In this document: positions 10,149 through 22,159 of the stretch, in pieces
Layout: every line of letters begins with the position of its first letter
Position numbering within the stretch: position 1 is the first letter of the stretch
Source: a virus
DNA length: 64,000 bases
IMG/VR virus record: IMGVR_UViG_3300020034_000009
Coordinates: 7,436-71,435 of that record
Reading direction: 5' to 3' (one strand)
Translations under genes and position numbers: made by a program
The notes under the pieces: model-generated
What the model saw: the letters and a program-made list of their open reading frames with translations, nothing else
The model's database searches: none
Told to the model about the DNA's origin: nothing

Positions 10149-12806
10149 TTATTTTTGTTCTACAAACTTTGCGATATTATCTTCTGAGATATTATCCAAA
10201 GCCGACATTACTTCATCTTCAGTGAGAAGGTTTCTGTTAGAAAGACTCATTGGTTGTCCCTCAACTACCCATTTCTCTTTTGATTTGTCATAAACAAATA
10301 AGTTAATTTCATATGCTCCATCAACTTCTTTTAAGTGACACTTCACTTTAAAATTACTTGCGCCACCTGCTATCTGTACTCTAACTGGGAATGCATCCTC
10401 CTTAGTAGTACCAGTAACTTTCCTTCCAAGGAATCTATCCTTAAATGGCTGGAATGGATCACTGAGTTGTACACCGGGAATCTGAGCAAGTTCTTGATCT
10501 GTAAGCTTTATTTTAACCCTATCTTTACCTATACCAGTTCCTAGTGTTAAGAAAGATTCATTGCTATTCCTATCTCTTTCTAATTTATAGATAACATTTT
10601 TAGCCTTCTCATCATCATCAAGTAATTCTAAAACATCATCTGCATCTACACCACCTTCAAGACCGCCATTGTTCTGTGTCTTATTACTTAATACACTTCT
10701 AGCAAGGCTATTAATCCATCCTCTCTGTTCAGCTGTTTCAGCTTTAAATGTAGGAGAGAAACTTTGCTTGGCACTATTCATTTTATTGTAGTCAGACTCT
10801 CTAGCTTCAAATACACCTGCTAAGGCTGCATCTGGATTTAGTGCTTTTAACTTAGTATACATAGTTTTTATCTTACTATCTGGTGTACTAACTCCAGCTA
10901 CTGATGATGTACCAGCTATAGGTGTAGAACCACTTATTTGTGATATGGCTCCTGCTAAGTCATTATATCCATCATCTCCAAGCCTCTTTTTCAGTCTAGC
11001 TTTAGCTGCATCTTTTTGTACATCATTGCTAGAAGTATCAACTATATTAAAATCAATTAAATCCACCTGTGAAAATGTAGCTTTATGACTACCCTTTGCA
11101 TCAGGAACAGTAATTTCTATTGACTCTGGTATACCAAGAGATTTAGCCTTCTTAACAAATTGAGAAATCTGTGGAGCATACCTAGCTTCGATCTTATCTT
11201 TTTGTTCTCTTTCAGAGTTAAGCTGATTTACTTCATTATCCCATGTATCAAAGAATTGTCTTACTGAACCACTCTTAGCCTCACCCTTATCATATGCCAT
11301 TTTTACTTGAACAAACTTTTCATGGGCAGCTTGTTTAGCAGCAGCTGCATTAGCATGAGCACTATCTGGAAAACCATTTGCTCTTGTTCTATAGGTTATA
11401 TTTCCATTTTCAATAGTATAAGGTGCAGCTCTTTCATCCTGAAATAGATCATTAACAAATGTATTAAGATGGAGCATATAGTTTCTTTCTCTATCAGATA
11501 ATGATTGATTAACAGCAGCACTACCCTGTTTAACAGCAGCAGTATTAATAGGATCAGGAAGCGCCGTATTGAAGAGGCTATTCTCAGTTCCGGGTTTGCC
11601 TGTTTTAGATTTAGCTTCAGCAGACATTCCAGCTTTTATAATTTCAGATTGTCTGTCATTAGCATCATTAAGCTGCCTATATTCAAATTCTTTAACCTTT
11701 AGGTTATAGTTAGCTATATCCATATTATGGTCAAGGTTCTTCATGAAAGATTCATAAAGTGGATTAGCCAATATCTTTTGTTGTTTATTAATATAGGAAT
11801 AGGCATTTGCATACCTCTGCTGGAAGTTCCTTGTGTAGAACTGTATCTTATAGTTTTCAGGGTCTTTATCCAAAAGGTCTATATCCTGATTATAGGCTAA
11901 GAGCATTCCTTCAGATTCTGACTTTAGAGAAGCTAAATCGGATTGTGCTTTGTCTCTCTCAGATTTAGACCCATTATTAACAATAGTCTGTAGTTGGTCA
12001 ATTTTAACTTGGTTCTCTCCAAGAGCATTCTGGTAGTTGGCCTTAGTTCTGTCAAACATTCCTGTCTTATCTACACCACGAAGTTCAGCCTTAGCATTAA
12101 TAGCAATTTGAGAGGCAGCTCTAGGATCATTAAGAACAGTAGCTACAGCATCTCTAATCTTCTGAGGATCAACACCCTTGGCTTCTTCCTCAATCATAGC
12201 CTCATTAATAACATAAGTATTCTTCTCAGCATCCCATCTATAGGGATTCTGTGTAAGTGTGCCACTAGGAGTTCCTCTCACTGCATTAACAGCTTCTCTC
12301 ATCACCTTATCTACATCGTAGAATTCCTGATAAGAACTATTAAACTGTGCATTAACATCCTGACTACCAGTGAACTTGGCTACCTCATCCTGAAATACTA
12401 TTTCATTATAAGGAGAACTCTTTCCTTCAGTCTTGGCTTTTTCCATTTTAGCTGTCTCAGACTGCAATTTAGTAGCCGAAGCTACAGCATTTCTAACAAT
12501 AGGGTCATTAGGAATTTTACCAGCTAGCCCTGAAATGGATTTAATAAGAGGAGTTTGACTAAAATCTGCACCAGCAACCTTGTTAATTTCTGTAGTAAGT
12601 TGTCCTAGTTTCTGGTTTAAATACTGTTTTTGGGTCTCATTAGCTACAGGAAGACCACCAATAGAATCTACTAGCCCTTGAACAGCCTGTACCCCTTGGT
12701 CATATTTTTGCTGTTTAAGCATACCCACTTGGGCATATGTCTCAACAGGAACCTGCTCAACATATGGGTTAAATTGTATAAGGGAATCTTGCCAGCTAGT
12801 TGCCAT
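10149..12806 (-). CDS. Virion cargo/ejection protein
   Basis: 885-aa helical protein directly upstream of the vRNAP; crAss-like synteny. Confidence 0.65.
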   Translation of the reverse strand: MATSWQDSLIQFNPYVEQVPVETYAQVGMLKQQKYDQGVQAVQGLVDSIGGLPVANETQKQYLNQKLGQLTTEINKVAGADFSQTPLIKSISGLAGKIPNDPIVRNAVASATKLQSETAKMEKAKTEGKSSPYNEIVFQDEVAKFTGSQDVNAQFNSSYQEFYDVDKVMREAVNAVRGTPSGTLTQNPYRWDAEKNTYVINEAMIEEEAKGVDPQKIRDAVATVLNDPRAASQIAINAKAELRGVDKTGMFDRTKANYQNALGENQVKIDQLQTIVNNGSKSERDKAQSDLASLKSESEGMLLAYNQDIDLLDKDPENYKIQFYTRNFQQRYANAYSYINKQQKILANPLYESFMKNLDHNMDIANYNLKVKEFEYRQLNDANDRQSEIIKAGMSAEAKSKTGKPGTENSLFNTALPDPINTAAVKQGSAAVNQSLSDRERNYMLHLNTFVNDLFQDERAAPYTIENGNITYRTRANGFPDSAHANAAAAKQAAHEKFVQVKMAYDKGEAKSGSVRQFFDTWDNEVNQLNSEREQKDKIEARYAPQISQFVKKAKSLGIPESIEITVPDAKGSHKATFSQVDLIDFNIVDTSSNDVQKDAAKARLKKRLGDDGYNDLAGAISQISGSTPIAGTSSVAGVSTPDSKIKTMYTKLKALNPDAALAGVFEARESDYNKMNSAKQSFSPTFKAETAEQRGWINSLARSVLSNKTQNNGGLEGGVDADDVLELLDDDEKAKNVIYKLERDRNSNESFLTLGTGIGKDRVKIKLTDQELAQIPGVQLSDPFQPFKDRFLGRKVTGTTKEDAFPVRVQIAGGASNFKVKCHLKEVDGAYEINLFVYDKSKEKWVVEGQPMSLSNRNLLTEDEVMSALDNISEDNIAKFVEQK

Positions 12807-12810
12807 AATG

Positions 12811-12841
12811 TAAAATTAACTGATTCTGTGGATATTACAAA
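12811..12841 (-). promoter_or_regulatory. Bacteroidota sigma70-type promoter (variant -7 box)
   Basis: TTTG-19nt-TAATTTTA ending 4 nt before ATG 12806. Confidence 0.55.
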
Positions 12842-12882
12842 ATCTTTTTAAGTGTTTCTGTGAGATTTATTAACAGACTTTG

Positions 12883-15800
12883 TTACCTAGAGAAGTTAGG
12901 AAGTAGTCTCCTGAGAAGAGGGGTTTTAGTCTGGAGATTCTGTATTTGAAGCTGTTCCTTCTGTGTTTGAGTAGCAGATGGAGTACTCACCCTACTTCTC
13001 TTAAGGTTACCAAATTGATCATAATCCTTTGTAGTTCTAGCATTAGGGTTGGATTGGTTAATAGTGTTACCAGCAGCATCCGTAAATACAGCTGCATCAC
13101 CATAATAGTTAGCCTGTAATCCACCATCACTAGTAGAATCAAACCTGAAGTCATACAGATTCTCATAGGCTGCAAGCTTCTTATTATTGTTCTGGTTCTG
13201 CAACACTTTACTGGCAATAGACTGCATAATCATTTGATCCTTAGCAGCTACATTGGAGAGGGCTTTATCCTGTCTAACATATTGTTGGTCAGCAAACCCC
13301 AAGTTTTTTAGTTGGGCATCATTAAGAGTCTGTATATTCTGGTTAAGTACTTGATTACTAGTACCTTGGTTAATTCTAAATTCCTCAGCATTCACAGAAT
13401 TATCTGCCTCATACTTCTGAGCAGCAAGGCTGGCTAGGGCTGTAGGGCTCTGTCCTAGTTGTCTTTGGACAGAGTTAAATGTTCCGGTGTTAGCATTCCT
13501 TCTATCCTGTAGGCTAATTTCATAGTCTTGTAAGAGGGTAGGAGTGTATTGCTGTAAAGGAACTGGAGAAGGTTTATTCCTCAATCCTGTCAACACTTCA
13601 GGCAAATACTGCAATGGACTCAGTTTTTCAGCATCAGTAGGTCTAACTCTCCTATCAGGAACATTAATAGTTCCCAATGGATCAATTGTACCCTTATTAA
13701 CAATCTGCTCCTTAACAGGATCATTAACAACAGTTCTGTCAGAAAGACTAAACTTAGCAGCTGGTTGGGCTACAGGAGAAGTAGTTTTTGGTGCAGAGAC
13801 AGGACTAACTGGGCTAGTTACAGATGTAGTCTTAGGCTGATTACCTACAATTTTCTTCAAGTATTCGTTAGGAGTTTCCTTATCAGAGCTTCCAGAGATA
13901 GATTTAGATATAGAAGCATCAAGTGCCTTAGGATCATTCTTTACTTTATTATACCCACCCTCACCAAGTCTGTGTACACTACTCCCCTAAACAGAGGAGG
14001 CTACATCATACCTACCAGAAGACTCAGCATCACCAATCTTTCTCTTAATACTACTAAGGAACATATCACTATCTTCACCATCTGTAGGTTCTTCAGTTGC
14101 AGGAGCAAATGTATCAGACCAACTAGTTAATCCCGGACCATCCTGTGGGATTGTTTTAGGAGTGTTCTGAGCTGCTTCAAGCCACTGCTTATTATTCTCT
14201 ACCATCTGTTCAAGAGCAGAAAGCTTTTTCTTTTTAGGTCCGGGACCACCAGCAGCCATTATTTTAGCACCATTCTTAGCCTTTCTCTTACCACCTTCAG
14301 AATAACTAATAGGATCATAACCAGCCTCATCTGCTTCAGAAAGAATAGCATTCTGCATATCAGACAAATACTGTTTCTTAGCCGCAAGGTCTTTAAAACC
14401 TATATCAGCACCAGTCATCATAATTTTACCTGTAGCAGCCTTAAGTCTATCAAACTTATTATGTCCCTCAATTTCGACATTATAGTTTGCCTCACCCTTC
14501 TGCATAAGCTTGGTGTACTTATTCTCTTGTTTTGCTATATTCTTTGACACGGTTTTAAATTTAGTTTTAGTACCCGGAATAGACATGTTTCCCATAATAT
14601 TGAAACTACCATCTGGTCCAGCAACACCTGTTTCAGCCCCTTCCACTTCTACATTAGTTCCATCATAGTTAATATCTATACCACCTTCTTCATGGCTATC
14701 ACCTACAAACTCCTTAGTACCACCATCATATGGATTATGACTAAGTTGTTTAATTGATCCACCTGCATCCATTTGAGTAAGTAGTCCTCTACCCTGTTGT
14801 TTCTGTGATTCTACATCACTAGAGCCATTATATATATCTGTAGGGCCATAACCATACTTATTAACAGTATTCTTAATTTTAGAATTCTGTGGAAGAGAAA
14901 AGTATCTCTGTATCTTTTGGTCTGGAGACATGGATTTATTACCTGCATCCTGATTGAAAAGACTTATCTCACTAATAAGTTGCTGAGCATCTCCCTGTCC
15001 AAACTGGTCTGAAGCTCTTTGAAACAAACTCCTTCCATGCATATTCTCCAAAGGATTACCACCATTAACAAGATTGTAACTAATAAGCTCAGAGAGTTCT
15101 ACATTATCCAAGTCCTTAGCTGTGGGATTGTATATACCCTCAGTCTTTCCTCTAGTAGGAACACCATTAACAGGCTTAGCAGGATCAGGACCCATAGAGA
15201 GTCCAGCATCTGCCTTACCAGCAGCTACTAATCCAAAAAATCCTCTTTGCTTCTTAGTAAGTTTCTTACCATGGGCAGTTCCATCTCTTAACATTTCCTT
15301 TGCTTTTTCTGGTTTCAAATCACCACCAGCCTCATGTTTCCACTTCTTTGCATTCTGTGCAAACTGCTTCTTTTTCTTAAGAGAAGGACTATCTCCTTCA
15401 TGAATTGTAAGCTTAGAGGAAGGAATCTTCTTGTCTCTATCTACACCTACAGCATCATGGAGTGTTCCCCTCTTTGAAGCCTTAATATGTATACCAGCTT
15501 TACTAATAGCTTGACTACCAGTACCATATGGATTAGGATTATATCCCTGAGCTGGCTGCACTGTATTTCTTCTCTTAATAGGCTCACCGGGAATAATAGC
15601 ATCAATAGCTGCTAACCCTGTAGCTATAGACATTGATGGATTAATATCAGGAAGCTGTCCTCTATTTCTATCCCACCATGGAGAATTTTGGTCTTCAGGT
15701 TGTGGATGTTGCTGATAATTACTAGCATAATCATAGTTCTCTACCAGCCCATTGGTTTCAAATCCACTATCTATAGCTGTAGCAGGAGACATTATAGGTA

Positions 15801-16005
15801 TCCTAGGAAGAGCTGTTGTCTCCATATTAAAAGCCATAGGCTTATACTTATCCTTTTCCTTTGGAATAGCACTAAGCAATCCTAAATCTTCTTGGCTAGG
15901 TTGTTTAAACTTGAGAGTATCAGGTTTCTTTTTAGGCTTGGGATCACCAAACTTAGTAAAGGAGGCTCCAGCTACACACTTAAATGGGGATTCTTTCTTC
16001 TTCAT
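12883..16005 (-). CDS. Cargo/ejection protein with degenerate muramidase-like segment, interrupted by one in-frame TAG (13987-13989)
   Basis: ORFs 13987..16005 and 12883..13860 share a frame and the 42 codons between them are open. Contains GDSHEEGGI..VEVEG and ESSGRYD motifs. Confidence 0.7.
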
Positions 16006-19000
16006 TATTTAAAAGATGTTTGATTCTCTGAGAGAACAAATTGACTTATGAGCTTATAGTCTGAGGTATTATCAAGGATATGTCTGATTTTAACATCCTT
16101 TCCTCTAATGGGAGTTTTCCTTCCCTGTAGAGTGTAATTCATGTTTTCTTCATTCAAATCCTTATCTAATACAGAACAATTCTCAGTAAATATAGGGAGC
16201 GACTTATCCTTAACAACATCCCATATCATATTATAGGAGTATAAGTTATCACTCTTAGTGAAATAAATATTAATACCATCCTCTACAGCCTTGGGATATT
16301 GACGTAATAGCTGTAGATTCTTAATAGGTTTAGGATATAAATGCCTTAATCCTGAGCAATGCTCATCATTATAGATGATAGACTTGTTAAAGAATATGTC
16401 ATCTATAGATATAGCAGAGGTTTCAGAAAGTTGTTTATACACCTTAGTATAACTCCTAACATCCTGTAAAATCATATCCTGAGCCTGATATACAAGAGGA
16501 GTTTCTAATATATATGGAGATATTATTCCATAGTAATTGTTATACAAAGAGACATTATTCTCATGTATCCACAAATCCTTATTACCAGAATAGAAGTTCT
16601 TTACACCGTCTATATAGTAGTTAGGAAGATAACTGTGAAAGCTAACCCATCTACCTGTATCAAAATTAAACGATATACTGAAACTATTAGGGCAGAAATA
16701 TGTAGGGTCAAAGAGGGAAATCTTTTTAGTCCCCAAATAAAACTCTCCATTAACATATTTAATATCATCATTAGTTGGTTTATAATCTAGTTTAGTTAGA
16801 ATGAATCTCCTGCCATTGAATACACCATGAAGACCGACATTCTTATAGTTATTATCTATGTCAAAGGTAGGGAATTTCTTTGATATTTCAAAGGGTAGAT
16901 GCTGCCTAAAGAAACTAGATACACCACTTTGTTCATCAGTTATATCCTTAGCCTTGTTGCCAGAAAGAAGAAATACTCTTCCTCTCTTGGCATCTACACT
17001 AATATGACCAAACTCAGTCTTAAGGAAGAATACATGCTGTGATCCATTATAACCAATTTCAGTTTCAGCAAAATCCAAAGGAGGAGCACCCTTAAAGAGT
17101 TTCTCATTTCCAATATAAGCTGCCTTAGGAGTAGAAGTGTCAATAGTCACTAATGCATTGTAAATCATAGACCTATCAGCAAACCTAACTAGAATAGCCC
17201 TATCCTCTAATGCTTCTATAGATGTAAGAGGCCCAAATGTCTTTGGAAGATCAAAGGAGGAGGCTGGTCTATATATGAGCCAGTTGTTCCTAGGTTGAGT
17301 ATCCTCTTGGTCTGAATATATAATCTTAAACCTATTACGCTGATTAAGATCATTCTTCTGCAAGTTGGTAAAATCCAGTGGTATCTTACTATAGAAATGT
17401 TCCTTATTCTGCTTAGAATAACTCTTATTATAGTTGTAGCTATTGTCATGCTGTATAGATACAAGGTATTCTTGTAACCACTCATCAGGAATAGTACTAC
17501 CAACATGAGGATAGAAGTCTCCCTCCTTACTATTATATGCCTGTCTTAAGTCTATATTTACCTCACTCTCTACAAAGAAATAAGGAATACCGTAAGCAAA
17601 TAAGAATATGAAGCCAAAATCATTAAAGAACCTGTTTCTAGGCCAGAAGAAATGTTTAGGTCTTATACCAAATATACTCTTAAGCACACTAGTACCCTTA
17701 GTAGCATCAGTTGAAAACCAATATTTTACACGTCCTACATTGGATAATTCATTATAGAATATATCTGATTCATCAGGGAATATATCTGTACCATCTGGAT
17801 TAACTCTATTGTCAGTAAAGAATGGGAACTTGCTCTTATAAGCAAATCTGTTAATAAATACATCACCTCCAAAGACAGTTTCTGTAGGTGTCTCCTCATC
17901 CTCAAGATTAAAAAGCTTGGCATATCCTGTATCTATAGGCTCATAGGAATAGATTTGTCCCCACTGATTAGGAATATTTTTCTTAATAGAGGCATAATAA
18001 GAAGCCACAGTAGATTCATGATCATCCATATCTGCAAAAATGGTTTTGCTTCTATCCTGTGGAGCTGTAGTCTGTTCATGAGTATAGGGAAGTCCCACCT
18101 GAGTTCTTAGATAAACTGAAGACTCTCTCTGAAAGTTATTAATAGGTTTATCATCTCCTACATTAAACTTACCCGGAGCTAAATAGGTAGCTATATCCAG
18201 ATTTCTTATCTTATTACCGCTATTTCCAACAGGTGAAAAATCATAATAATCACCTACAGCATTTATCTGATGAGCAAAATTTCTTCTAGGTGTGAGCTTA
18301 AAAATAATATCCAATAAGGTTCTATATGTAGTAAAGGCTGCTCCTCCATCAAATGGCTGATCAGCAACACCATACATACCAGATGCAAACCCTACAATAA
18401 CACCACTAATAAGTGCTGTAAGGAATGTATTAGCATTGATCATTTGATACTTAGCATGTCTCTTAACTTCAGATATATGACTAGTACTCCTCCCCTTCTC
18501 TACAGATTCTATTTTAAGAATGTTTCCCAGTGTTGGTTGATAGAAGGATGTATCAGGAGAATGCATAGTATACCTAAACTTATTAGACTCATCATATATA
18601 AGACCAGCTCCCTGTTCATTCTTTAGAAGAATGAAGGGGTCTCTAACTCTTACGTCATTAAATAAGTAGTTAGGAAAATAAGATTCTCCATCCGTAGTAA
18701 TATCTAATAAGCTACCAGCATCTTGATTCTCAGCTATAGAAGCTGCTAAATCAGCTGCGGCTTCTTGCATAGAGAGAGACACATCAAGCAAGGACTGTAA
18801 CACTTGAACAATAGATTCTACATAACTCTTCTTATCATTAGTAGATAGTTCTTCATAATAGGCTTGGAAGGCATCAATACCAGTTTGAACCATTCCATTA
18901 AATTCATCAGTACCAATTTTATCCTTATTATCCTTAATAATATCCAGTTGCGGCTTAGCATGGTCATAGGCAGGTTGATTACCAGAAGCCACACCGGGAC

Positions 19001-21311
19001 CAGCTCTTTTAAGTAATGCCTGAGCTTGTTCTATAGATGTTGTAACAATATCATCATTTCTACCTATTGTAATTTTAGTATCAATAAGCCTATTATTAGA
19101 TGTATACTTCAGTACATTGTTAATCAACCCCTTAGCTACAACACTCTTATTATTAACTCTATTACCACGCAATAGCTTTATACCTACAATTCTTTTCTTT
19201 TGAGCTTCTGTAAGATCAGATGCATTAATAGCATCAATAAGCTGCTGTACATTAAACTTAATCCCAATAGGGTAAATATAACCTTCTTTGTCATGGTGAT
19301 GGGTTATAAGATTATCTGGAAATTTATGGTGTCTTATAGGTTTCCCTGCCAATTCTCCCCAAATAGATTCATCACAGTCATAAGTATCTATAGATTCCCA
19401 ATATGCCATTGATCCATATTCATAAGGACCAGTATAGCAATCATCCATACAAGGATATTGTACTACCTGAGCTACTGGAGGTTCTCCCTTAATAACAGAT
19501 GGAGCACCAGTAGGTATATTATACATGTAAATAGGCTGGTTAGTCGTAAATACAATATTCTTATTAGCAGCATTATTAGCCTTTATGAATAGTGTATCAA
19601 TAGGAATAAAACAACCATGGCATATCCATGTATTTGCAGCAGGATTAGTCCATGCTTTTTGTTTTATATCTTGAGTATGTGGTATAGTAATAGTTGCTGT
19701 ATTAGCAGGAATCTCGATAACAAAAGGACTGCTTGGAATACTATAATAGTTATTTATTTCTACTCCGGGTGGAAGTTCATGTAATTCGAAACCCATACCT
19801 CTCCTAATATTACCAATTTGAGTGTATTTCTGTATCATACCAATCTCTAAATAGATAGGTGTAGAAACTGGTTGTTCTATATTAATAGTAATATTTGGCT
19901 TTCCTTGCTGAGTACAATTATCATCATCACATGTTATAAAAATAGTAGCATTAACAGTATTAGTGCTATCAGCAGTTCCACCACTCCATTGAATTTCTTC
20001 ACAAGTTGGTATATAACTACCAAGTTTTTCTCCTGTATTGTAGGTTTGCCATTTTGGTTTTCCTTGCGTAGGAGTAGAACATGGACCTTCACCAGTTACA
20101 GAATCTTGATTATCAATCACTATCATATCTGATCCATAGGATTGTCTACCGGGAATATGATGCCTATCAGATTCAGCACCATCATCAAACATTAATACAC
20201 CCTCAATAGGATATATCTCATCCCTCATATAACCACGTTTATTAGCAGCTACAAGAGGATTTTTATAACCATCTCCAAATTCTCTATGAGTTTCCCATTG
20301 AAGCTCTAGTTGATTAAATATTTTCTGATAGGAAATTCTATCCTTCTCTTTTAAATCAGCCCATCCTAATATTTCTTGTACAGCAAATACATCCTTAGCT
20401 GTATCATATATGGGAAATATTTCAAATAAATCATCAGCACTTAAATCTAATAATGACTGTCCAGTGTACACTAAATTGATTTGGTTCCTAATATCATAAG
20501 TACCTACTAATTGAAAAGAGCTTATGTTATTAATAGTCTTAATAACACATACATTTACGAAGTCATAAATTCCACTTTTATCTAAGTTGGTTACTTCAAG
20601 GGATATGGATTTACTTACAGGATAATCAAAATCCTGTGTGGTCTTTAAGGGATCATGAATTGGGATAGGGTTAGTCTTACTGAAATATTGAGTGTAAGGG
20701 TTAGAATTTGAGTCAGAATACTGCACTGCAAACTGGTATGTACCAGCTCTAAGTTCTGCATCTCCTTCAATGGCTACTGCCTTAATTTGTGGGATAGCGA
20801 AACTAGGTTGTACTTTGAGTTTATTACAATCTACTTCTGCTGTAATAAAATTCTCACAGTTAATATCATTATACACCTCAAGGAATGGGGGATTATCTAA
20901 ATCAATATAACGTCTAGGATTGAAGTTATCTGTGAAGTAGATTTGTCCACCTCTTGGCACAGATTTCTTAATAGGATGATCTATAGAGAAGTTAAGACAT
21001 TTGGCATTGATAAATGTGGTGTAGACACAATCCTTAACTGTAGCAATTTCACTATCACCATGTACAGTATCAACAAGAAATAATACAAGAATATCCCTGT
21101 CTGGAAGAGATTTTTTACCTATAACAGTATATCCACTCTTTACTTTACAGCAAAGTTCATTACCCTGTTCATTCTGATAGGTAATACTATTGCCATCAAA
21201 TCCTTGTACTACAGCATTTAATGCATAGGTAGTCTCACCTTCTTTGACTTGTAGGGGAGTGTTATTAAGATTAAGACCAGCAACACTACTGTTATTCTTT
21301 ATTTCGCTCAT
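16005..21311 (-). CDS. Tail muzzle / stabilization protein
   Basis: 1768 aa; N-terminal GLNLN..YALNAV..NEQGN and FTDNFNPRRYI; C-terminal WVSFHSYLPNYY; crAss-like position. Confidence 0.8.
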   Translation of the reverse strand: MSEIKNNSSVAGLNLNNTPLQVKEGETTYALNAVVQGFDGNSITYQNEQGNELCCKVKSGYTVIGKKSLPDRDILVLFLVDTVHGDSEIATVKDCVYTTFINAKCLNFSIDHPIKKSVPRGGQIYFTDNFNPRRYIDLDNPPFLEVYNDINCENFITAEVDCNKLKVQPSFAIPQIKAVAIEGDAELRAGTYQFAVQYSDSNSNPYTQYFSKTNPIPIHDPLKTTQDFDYPVSKSISLEVTNLDKSGIYDFVNVCVIKTINNISSFQLVGTYDIRNQINLVYTGQSLLDLSADDLFEIFPIYDTAKDVFAVQEILGWADLKEKDRISYQKIFNQLELQWETHREFGDGYKNPLVAANKRGYMRDEIYPIEGVLMFDDGAESDRHHIPGRQSYGSDMIVIDNQDSVTGEGPCSTPTQGKPKWQTYNTGEKLGSYIPTCEEIQWSGGTADSTNTVNATIFITCDDDNCTQQGKPNITINIEQPVSTPIYLEIGMIQKYTQIGNIRRGMGFELHELPPGVEINNYYSIPSSPFVIEIPANTATITIPHTQDIKQKAWTNPAANTWICHGCFIPIDTLFIKANNAANKNIVFTTNQPIYMYNIPTGAPSVIKGEPPVAQVVQYPCMDDCYTGPYEYGSMAYWESIDTYDCDESIWGELAGKPIRHHKFPDNLITHHHDKEGYIYPIGIKFNVQQLIDAINASDLTEAQKKRIVGIKLLRGNRVNNKSVVAKGLINNVLKYTSNNRLIDTKITIGRNDDIVTTSIEQAQALLKRAGPGVASGNQPAYDHAKPQLDIIKDNKDKIGTDEFNGMVQTGIDAFQAYYEELSTNDKKSYVESIVQVLQSLLDVSLSMQEAAADLAASIAENQDAGSLLDITTDGESYFPNYLFNDVRVRDPFILLKNEQGAGLIYDESNKFRYTMHSPDTSFYQPTLGNILKIESVEKGRSTSHISEVKRHAKYQMINANTFLTALISGVIVGFASGMYGVADQPFDGGAAFTTYRTLLDIIFKLTPRRNFAHQINAVGDYYDFSPVGNSGNKIRNLDIATYLAPGKFNVGDDKPINNFQRESSVYLRTQVGLPYTHEQTTAPQDRSKTIFADMDDHESTVASYYASIKKNIPNQWGQIYSYEPIDTGYAKLFNLEDEETPTETVFGGDVFINRFAYKSKFPFFTDNRVNPDGTDIFPDESDIFYNELSNVGRVKYWFSTDATKGTSVLKSIFGIRPKHFFWPRNRFFNDFGFIFLFAYGIPYFFVESEVNIDLRQAYNSKEGDFYPHVGSTIPDEWLQEYLVSIQHDNSYNYNKSYSKQNKEHFYSKIPLDFTNLQKNDLNQRNRFKIIYSDQEDTQPRNNWLIYRPASSFDLPKTFGPLTSIEALEDRAILVRFADRSMIYNALVTIDTSTPKAAYIGNEKLFKGAPPLDFAETEIGYNGSQHVFFLKTEFGHISVDAKRGRVFLLSGNKAKDITDEQSGVSSFFRQHLPFEISKKFPTFDIDNNYKNVGLHGVFNGRRFILTKLDYKPTNDDIKYVNGEFYLGTKKISLFDPTYFCPNSFSISFNFDTGRWVSFHSYLPNYYIDGVKNFYSGNKDLWIHENNVSLYNNYYGIISPYILETPLVYQAQDMILQDVRSYTKVYKQLSETSAISIDDIFFNKSIIYNDEHCSGLRHLYPKPIKNLQLLRQYPKAVEDGINIYFTKSDNLYSYNMIWDVVKDKSLPIFTENCSVLDKDLNEENMNYTLQGRKTPIRGKDVKIRHILDNTSDYKLISQFVLSENQTSFK

Positions 21312-22159
21312 CTAATATTAAACTTGTTAAGACGGTTTGCTTCCCTCTTCATGCTTTTAACCTTCTGATCTAGAGTTTGTTTCTTGATTTCTATATCTGC
21401 CATTACCTGAGCTTCATACATATCAGCTTTATAGTCTTGCTTTTTCTTATCTAATTGGTTAAATGTCTCATCAGAGACACCATTCCAAAGGGTTTCAAAT
21501 ATCTTATATTTGATATAGGCTTCAACAAAGTTGCTGATTCTTAAATTGTCTGGTATTAATACATTACCATCACAATCTGATTCTTCTGCATAATAAGTTA
21601 AATATACATCTCCCTGTCTAAAATTTGTGACAAACTTACCCTCTCTAATATCAAATGTATCTGAGGAGCTTGATCCTCTATTACTACAAATATCACCACA
21701 ATGATTAAAGGCAGAGATGTTTCCCGGCCTTAATAGGTGGCTAAGCTTATTAGTGTATGTGATTTCTTCATTGATTTTATAAACAAACTGAAGTTGTTCA
21801 GGAATACAAACCACTTTACACCTATCCTTATTAGGGTTAAGTAGGTTGGCAGCAAGCATATAATGACTTCCAGCATTTCTAATAGTAGTGGGAGCTGTAT
21901 TAGTACAAGCCCAAGCTTCTCTTACATATTTAAATCCTACAGGCAAAACAGCTGTATAATCCTCTAGATAGAGAACAGTTTCTGCAATAGGAAGTGTAGC
22001 CCTTGACAGCCTGCCTAATGCTTTCTTAGTCCATAGGGGAAATAGCAAATCGTCAATAGCCCCTGTATCGAAATATGATTTAAGTTCTTCCTTAATCATA
22101 GCATACAGAGGCTCAGTAGAAACAAACTCATATTTGTAATAGCTCATTTTTTGGTCCAA
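21308..22159 (-). CDS. Tail tubular/ring protein
   Basis: 283 aa upstream of muzzle; TNFRQGDVYLTYYA..LIPDN pattern. Confidence 0.65.
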   Translation of the reverse strand: MDQKMSYYKYEFVSTEPLYAMIKEELKSYFDTGAIDDLLFPLWTKKALGRLSRATLPIAETVLYLEDYTAVLPVGFKYVREAWACTNTAPTTIRNAGSHYMLAANLLNPNKDRCKVVCIPEQLQFVYKINEEITYTNKLSHLLRPGNISAFNHCGDICSNRGSSSSDTFDIREGKFVTNFRQGDVYLTYYAEESDCDGNVLIPDNLRISNFVEAYIKYKIFETLWNGVSDETFNQLDKKKQDYKADMYEAQVMADIEIKKQTLDQKVKSMKREANRLNKFNIR

